A DNA stretch of 64,000 nt. It comes from Roseibacillus sp. (GTDB taxonomy: Bacteria; Verrucomicrobiota; Verrucomicrobiia; Verrucomicrobiales; Akkermansiaceae). The position numbers and the translations under genes are program-made. The number at the start of each line of letters is the position of its first letter. Position 1 is the stretch's first letter. Of the stretch, positions 59,465-64,000 are shown one piece after another. The stretch is from assembly GCA_051251855.1 (NCBI GenBank), contig JBPOGI010000001.1, forward strand, positions 352,001 to 416,000. The letters are read 5' to 3'. The notes under the pieces were generated by a model that made no database searches, was not told the origin of the DNA, and saw nothing but the letters and a program-made list of their open reading frames with translations.

Positions 59465-62206
59465 CTAGCGTTCTTGTTTCTTCAGGACGATGGTGGTGAG
59501 AAGAGTGAAGATGGGGATGAAGAGGGCGAGCTTGAGCAAGTCGCCACTCAATTCGCGAAAGGTGAGACCTTTGGTGAAGGCTCCCACACTGGTGTGCATG
59601 TAGTAGGTAGTTGGCCAGATTGTTCCGATGCTTTTGGCAACTCCTTCGAGGGTCGAGACTGGTTGTAACATGCCGGAAAACTGAACGGTCGGTAAGATGG
59701 CTAAAATGGCGGTGCCAAAGACCGCGGCAACTTGGCTGGAAGTAAAAGTGGAAATCAGAAGGCCAAGCCCGGTGGTTCCAATGATGTAGAGAAGTGCACC
59801 GAGGGTGAGGGCGAACCCGTCTCCCTTGATAGGCACCTTGAAGATAAAGAGCGTGAGCAGGGTGAGTATGGCAAAATTCAGCATTCCAATCGCGATGTAG
59901 GGGAGTTGCTTGCCGATGATGAATTCGATCTTCTTGCTTGGGGTGACGTAGAAATTCGTGATGGATCCCAGTTCCTTCTCACGCACCACGCTCAAGGCCA
60001 TGAGAATTGCAGGGATGAGAATCAGCAGCATGGCCGGGATGGAGGGAACGAGAGCATTGATGCTTTTGAAGCTGGGGTTGTAGCGGTAGCGGGGCTCGAT
60101 AGTGGCTGGTAGATAGGCTGGCACTTCGCCGATGGTCCGACGGGCGAGATCCTCGAGGTAGTTGAGATGGTTTCCCTTTACATAGCCGTCGATGGTCTCG
60201 CCTCGGAAGGGAGCCGAGCCATCGATCCAAGCTGAAATGGTGGGAGCATGACCGCGCTTTAGATCCTTGCCGAAGTTCGGTGGAATTTCGTAGGCGACGG
60301 TGATGTCATTGGCTCTCATTCGTTCACTCATCTCGTGAGAATTACTGAGAGGCGCTTGTTCGGAAAAGTAGGGAGAACTGGAAAGGTTCTGTAGGTAGGT
60401 GATGCTTTCCGGAGTTTGGTCGAGGTCGAGAATGGCATAGCGGATGTCTTCAACATCCGTGTTCATGCCATAGCCAAAGAGCAGCATCAGGAGAACCGAG
60501 CCTACGAAAGCGAAAACGAGCCGAATGGGATCACGCATGACCTCGAGTGACTCGCGGCGGCTGAAGGCAAAGAGACGGGTCAAGCTGAAGTTGCCTTGGT
60601 CCGTAGCTTGGCTTTGAGAGGGAAGTGGAGCATCATTCTTGGACGCACTTGAAGGGGAGTTTTTTGTCTCGGTGATCGCTTCCTCAATGTAAGAAATGAA
60701 GGCCTCCTCGAGGCTGTCCGCTTTGCGTGATTCTTTCAGAGCCGTGGGACTGTCACAGGCCAGCACCTTACCGGCGTGCATCAGAGAGATGCGGTCACAG
60801 CGCATGGCTTCATTCATGAAGTGAGTTGAGATGAAGATGGTGACCTTGTCCTCGCGAGCGAGAGTAATGAGCAGTTCCCAAAAGATATCGCGCGCCACGG
60901 GGTCGACTCCCGAAGTGGGCTCATCGAGAATGAGCATCTCGGGTTCGTGAATGATGGCCACCGCGAGAGAAAGCCGCTGGCGAACGCCCAAGGGGAGTTT
61001 GCCAGACAATCGGTCGGCGCTATCGACTAGATCGAATCGCTCTAACAGCTCTGAGATGCGGGAGGGAACTCGTGTTTTTGCGAGGTCGAATAGGCGCGCG
61101 TGAAGGACGAGGTTTTGGCGGACGGTGAGCTCTGAATAGAGCGAGAACGCCTGCGACATGTAGCCGACCCGTTTACGAGCCTTCAGATTGTGAGCGTCAA
61201 TGGGGTGGCCAAAGAGTTCTGCCGTTCCCTCGGAGGCCGGTAAAAGACCGGTAAGAACCTTCATGGTGGTGGTCTTTCCGCAACCGTTTGAGCCCAGAAA
61301 GCCAAAGATTTCGCCACGATGAATCGAGAAGCTGACGTTGTCCACCGCGGTGAATTTTCCAAAGCGCCTGGTCAGTCCTTTTGCGACGATGACAGGCTTG
61401 CTCTCGGTCTGGGTGAAGGGAGGAATGGTGAGTTTGTGGCTGGAACCCTTTTGTTGATCAGGGAGAAGAGCGATGAATGCGTCTTCGAGGCTTTCGGTCC
61501 TAGTTTCGCATTTCAAATGAGTCGGGGAACCTGTCGCGAGAATTTTTCCCGCATCCATGGCCGCCAACCAATCGAACTGCTCGGCTTCGTCCATGTAGGC
61601 GGTGGAAACGAGAACGCTCATGCCGGGGCGTTCGACGCGGATGGAGTCAATGAGGTCCCAGAACTGCCGTCGAGAGAGAGGGTCAACGCCGGTTGTTGGC
61701 TCATCGAGGATGAGGAGATCGGGGTCGTGAATGAGCGCACAGCAAAGGCCGAGTTTTTGCTTCATGCCGCCTGATAGATTTCCTGCAGGACGATCGGGAA
61801 AGGGATCAAGGCCGGTGGCTTTCAGGAGAACTGCGATGCGCTCCCGGCGTTCAGCTGCAGCTTGCCCAAAGAGGCGGGCAAAAAAATCGAGATTCTCAGT
61901 GACACTGAGTTCCGCGTAGAGATTCTTTCCGAGTCCCTGTGGCATGTAGGCGATGCGTGGGCAGACGAGGGTTCGATGTCTTTGGTTTCCAATGTCTCCT
62001 TTCAGCACCTCGACATGACCCTCTTGGATGATTCTCACCCCCGAGACCAATGCCAACATCGTCGATTTTCCCACGCCGTCCGGCCCGATGATTCCGGCCA
62101 TGCAACCTTGTGGGATTTCCAAAGTGACATCGTCAAGCGCCTTGTTTTTCCCGTAGTAATGGGAAACTTTAGAGAGGCTGGCAACCGCTGTAGGGTGTTC
62201 CGGCAT
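59465..62206 (-). CDS. rbbA: Ribosome-associated ATPase/ABC transporter (two NBDs + permease)
   Basis: GPDGVGKST, YMPQGLG, GSNGCGKTT, REKELGSITNFY; start 62206 preferred over 62257. Confidence 0.92.
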   Translation of the reverse strand: MPEHPTAVASLSKVSHYYGKNKALDDVTLEIPQGCMAGIIGPDGVGKSTMLALVSGVRIIQEGHVEVLKGDIGNQRHRTLVCPRIAYMPQGLGKNLYAELSVTENLDFFARLFGQAAAERRERIAVLLKATGLDPFPDRPAGNLSGGMKQKLGLCCALIHDPDLLILDEPTTGVDPLSRRQFWDLIDSIRVERPGMSVLVSTAYMDEAEQFDWLAAMDAGKILATGSPTHLKCETRTESLEDAFIALLPDQQKGSSHKLTIPPFTQTESKPVIVAKGLTRRFGKFTAVDNVSFSIHRGEIFGFLGSNGCGKTTTMKVLTGLLPASEGTAELFGHPIDAHNLKARKRVGYMSQAFSLYSELTVRQNLVLHARLFDLAKTRVPSRISELLERFDLVDSADRLSGKLPLGVRQRLSLAVAIIHEPEMLILDEPTSGVDPVARDIFWELLITLAREDKVTIFISTHFMNEAMRCDRISLMHAGKVLACDSPTALKESRKADSLEEAFISYIEEAITETKNSPSSASKNDAPLPSQSQATDQGNFSLTRLFAFSRRESLEVMRDPIRLVFAFVGSVLLMLLFGYGMNTDVEDIRYAILDLDQTPESITYLQNLSSSPYFSEQAPLSNSHEMSERMRANDITVAYEIPPNFGKDLKRGHAPTISAWIDGSAPFRGETIDGYVKGNHLNYLEDLARRTIGEVPAYLPATIEPRYRYNPSFKSINALVPSIPAMLLILIPAILMALSVVREKELGSITNFYVTPSKKIEFIIGKQLPYIAIGMLNFAILTLLTLFIFKVPIKGDGFALTLGALLYIIGTTGLGLLISTFTSSQVAAVFGTAILAILPTVQFSGMLQPVSTLEGVAKSIGTIWPTTYYMHTSVGAFTKGLTFRELSGDLLKLALFIPIFTLLTTIVLKKQER

Positions 62207-62211
62207 CGGGA

Positions 62212-63237
62212 CTATTGGGGATCTCCTGGATAACGTTTTTCGAGAAAGAGAGGCCATGTTGCGGAGTCATCAAGGCGGACATAGCCGATGCCGCGCACTC
62301 CGGTTTTTACTTTCTCGATGTGCTTTAGGACGAGTTCTTGTGGGATGCGAATCTTCACGCGAAACATCAGTTTTTGTCGCTCACTCAGGGTCTCGACCTG
62401 CTTGGGCGTGAATTGCGCCTCCGGAGAAACAAAACTGACGACGGCAGGAATGGCATACTCTGAGGATGCGGAATCGATGGTGATGCGGGCTTCCGAGCCG
62501 ATGGATATTTTTCCGGCGTCACCTGAGGGGAGAAACACTTCCATGTAGACTTCGCTCAGATCGAGAAGGGTGAGAACTTTGCCTCCGGCTCCTAAGATCT
62601 CGCCATCTTCTGCCAATTGAAAGAGGACGCGTCCGAAGGTGGATGACTTCAAGATACATTCGTCGAGTTGAATCTGAATCTGATCGACGGTGGCTTGTGC
62701 GGCATCGACCATGCTCTTGGAGGTCGCGTGGTGAGACTTGGCGGCTGTGAAGGCGGCCTGTGCCGAGTCCCGTTGCGCCTGACGTTGGTCGCCAACGCGC
62801 TTTGCCATCGAGCCTCTTTCGATGAGTGGTAGGGCGCGATCAAGCTCCTGTTGCGCTAGCGTGAGATTGCTTTCTCTCTGTTCGATCAGTGCTGCTGCTT
62901 CGATAACGGATTCCTTTGCCGTCGAAAGCTGCGCCTGAGCCCTCGCAAATTGGGTTTTCATTTCGGCGGTGTCCATGCGCGCGAGAATTTGTCCCGGCTT
63001 TACCATATCACCTTCGTCCACCAGCACTTCCTGAACACGTCCGGGATACTTTGTCGAGATGTCCACCTGATCTGTTTCGATGCGACCGTTGCCACTCACG
63101 ATTCCTTGGGGAAGTGTGGAGGGAGGTTCGCGATTTAAAAACCAGATGCCGCCTCCTAACAGGGCCGCTACCACTATGATGATTGGGAGCCGCAAGTTGG
63201 TGGCTCCTCGATGATGGGTGACCTTTTTTGTTTTCAT
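62212..63237 (-). CDS. HlyD-family membrane fusion protein (YhiI-like)
   Basis: SGNGRIE, AQFTPKQVET, LMFRVK. Confidence 0.92.
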   Translation of the reverse strand: MKTKKVTHHRGATNLRLPIIIVVAALLGGGIWFLNREPPSTLPQGIVSGNGRIETDQVDISTKYPGRVQEVLVDEGDMVKPGQILARMDTAEMKTQFARAQAQLSTAKESVIEAAALIEQRESNLTLAQQELDRALPLIERGSMAKRVGDQRQAQRDSAQAAFTAAKSHHATSKSMVDAAQATVDQIQIQLDECILKSSTFGRVLFQLAEDGEILGAGGKVLTLLDLSEVYMEVFLPSGDAGKISIGSEARITIDSASSEYAIPAVVSFVSPEAQFTPKQVETLSERQKLMFRVKIRIPQELVLKHIEKVKTGVRGIGYVRLDDSATWPLFLEKRYPGDPQ

Positions 63238-63249
63238 TTTGATGAGCTG

Positions 63250-64000
63250 TTATTGCCAACCACCACCAAGAGCTTTGTAGAGCATGATGATGTTGGTGGT
63301 GACTTGCGCGTTACTTTGGGTGAGTTGATCTTGGACTTGGAAAAGGGAGCGCTGGGCGTCGAGGACGGTTAGAAAACTGGTCTCGCCGCTGCGGTAGAGG
63401 TCTTGCGCAATCTTGACGCTCTTCCCGGTGGCGGCTTCGGCTCGCATGAGGGAATCGCGTCGAACCATTTCCTTGCCGTAGGAGACTAGGGCGTCTTCGA
63501 CGTCTTTGAGGGCGTTCAAGATGGTTGCCTCGTAGGCGATGAGAGCCTGCTTCTGTTTCTCGTTCTGAATGACGATGTTTTTTCGGACGCGGCCGGCACT
63601 GAAGATGTTCCATTCGACCGATGGTCCGACGTTGAAAACGCGGCTGGCGGATTCGAGAAAATCGCCGGAATCGAGCGACTCCAGACCCACGGTTCCGAAC
63701 AAGGTGAGCTTGGGATAGAGGTCGGCAACCGCGACTCCAACCTTCGCTGTTTGGGCCGCAAGTTCGCGTTCGGCTTGGCGGACATCGGGACGACGGCGCA
63801 GGACTTCGGCGGGGATTCCCACCGCAATGTTGGCGGGTGCGATGGGGATGGGGCGACGTTCGCGTAGTTCACTTTTCAGCGAACCGGGAGCTCTGCCGAG
63901 GAGCACTGCGAGACGGTGTTGTGCTTGAGATAGAGCGGACTGAATACTAGGGATTTCCGAGCGAGTGGCCTCAAGATTCGCGCGCGCCTGATTGAGATCG
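63250..64000 (-). CDS. TolC/NodT-family outer-membrane efflux protein (5' part outside window)
   Basis: RRPDVRQAE, ADLYP, LYKALGGGW. Confidence 0.92.
   Translation of the reverse strand, partial: DLNQARANLEATRSEIPSIQSALSQAQHRLAVLLGRAPGSLKSELRERRPIPIAPANIAVGIPAEVLRRRPDVRQAERELAAQTAKVGVAVADLYPKLTLFGTVGLESLDSGDFLESASRVFNVGPSVEWNIFSAGRVRKNIVIQNEKQKQALIAYEATILNALKDVEDALVSYGKEMVRRDSLMRAEAATGKSVKIAQDLYRSGETSFLTVLDAQRSLFQVQDQLTQSNAQVTTNIIMLYKALGGGWQ

Overview
64 kb of a bacterial chromosome, probably Verrucomicrobiota (inferred from PVC-type dehydrogenase/cytochrome fusions, four Cys-type sulfatases and secreted proteins with a DxDGDGxxNxxE...F(Y/L)R C-terminal module). 1-17.9 kb is a sulfatase/PVC-type-protein cluster, likely for sulfated glycan use. 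After nnr, ~19.7-64 kb is a stress/dormancy-type region: four tandem-domain USPs, P-type ATPase, two STAS/SpoIIAA-like genes, glgA/glgP, cbpA/cbpM, a DksA-like factor, an ADP-forming acyl-CoA ligase, YeeE/YedE, ZIP, gpmA, SDR and TolC-HlyD-RbbA-YhhJ. Main finding: a direct repeat NCAA-N4-YGC-N10-NCAA-N4-YGC (21-bp period) sits just upstream of 12-13 transcription units, usually 23-25 nt before a -10-like hexamer and ~35-40 nt before the start codon. This defines a candidate regulon. Local candidate regulators are a Cys-rich PocR-AraC, an HTH-less PocR paralog, an AraC lacking the Cys-rich segment and a NarL-type two-component pair. Also seen: a partial duplication cut by an integrase remnant, an in-frame TAG splitting a secreted-protein gene, a frameshifted STAS gene and an uncalled 55-aa ORF. 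No rRNA, tRNA or CRISPR recognised. All calls were made by eye; no searches were run.
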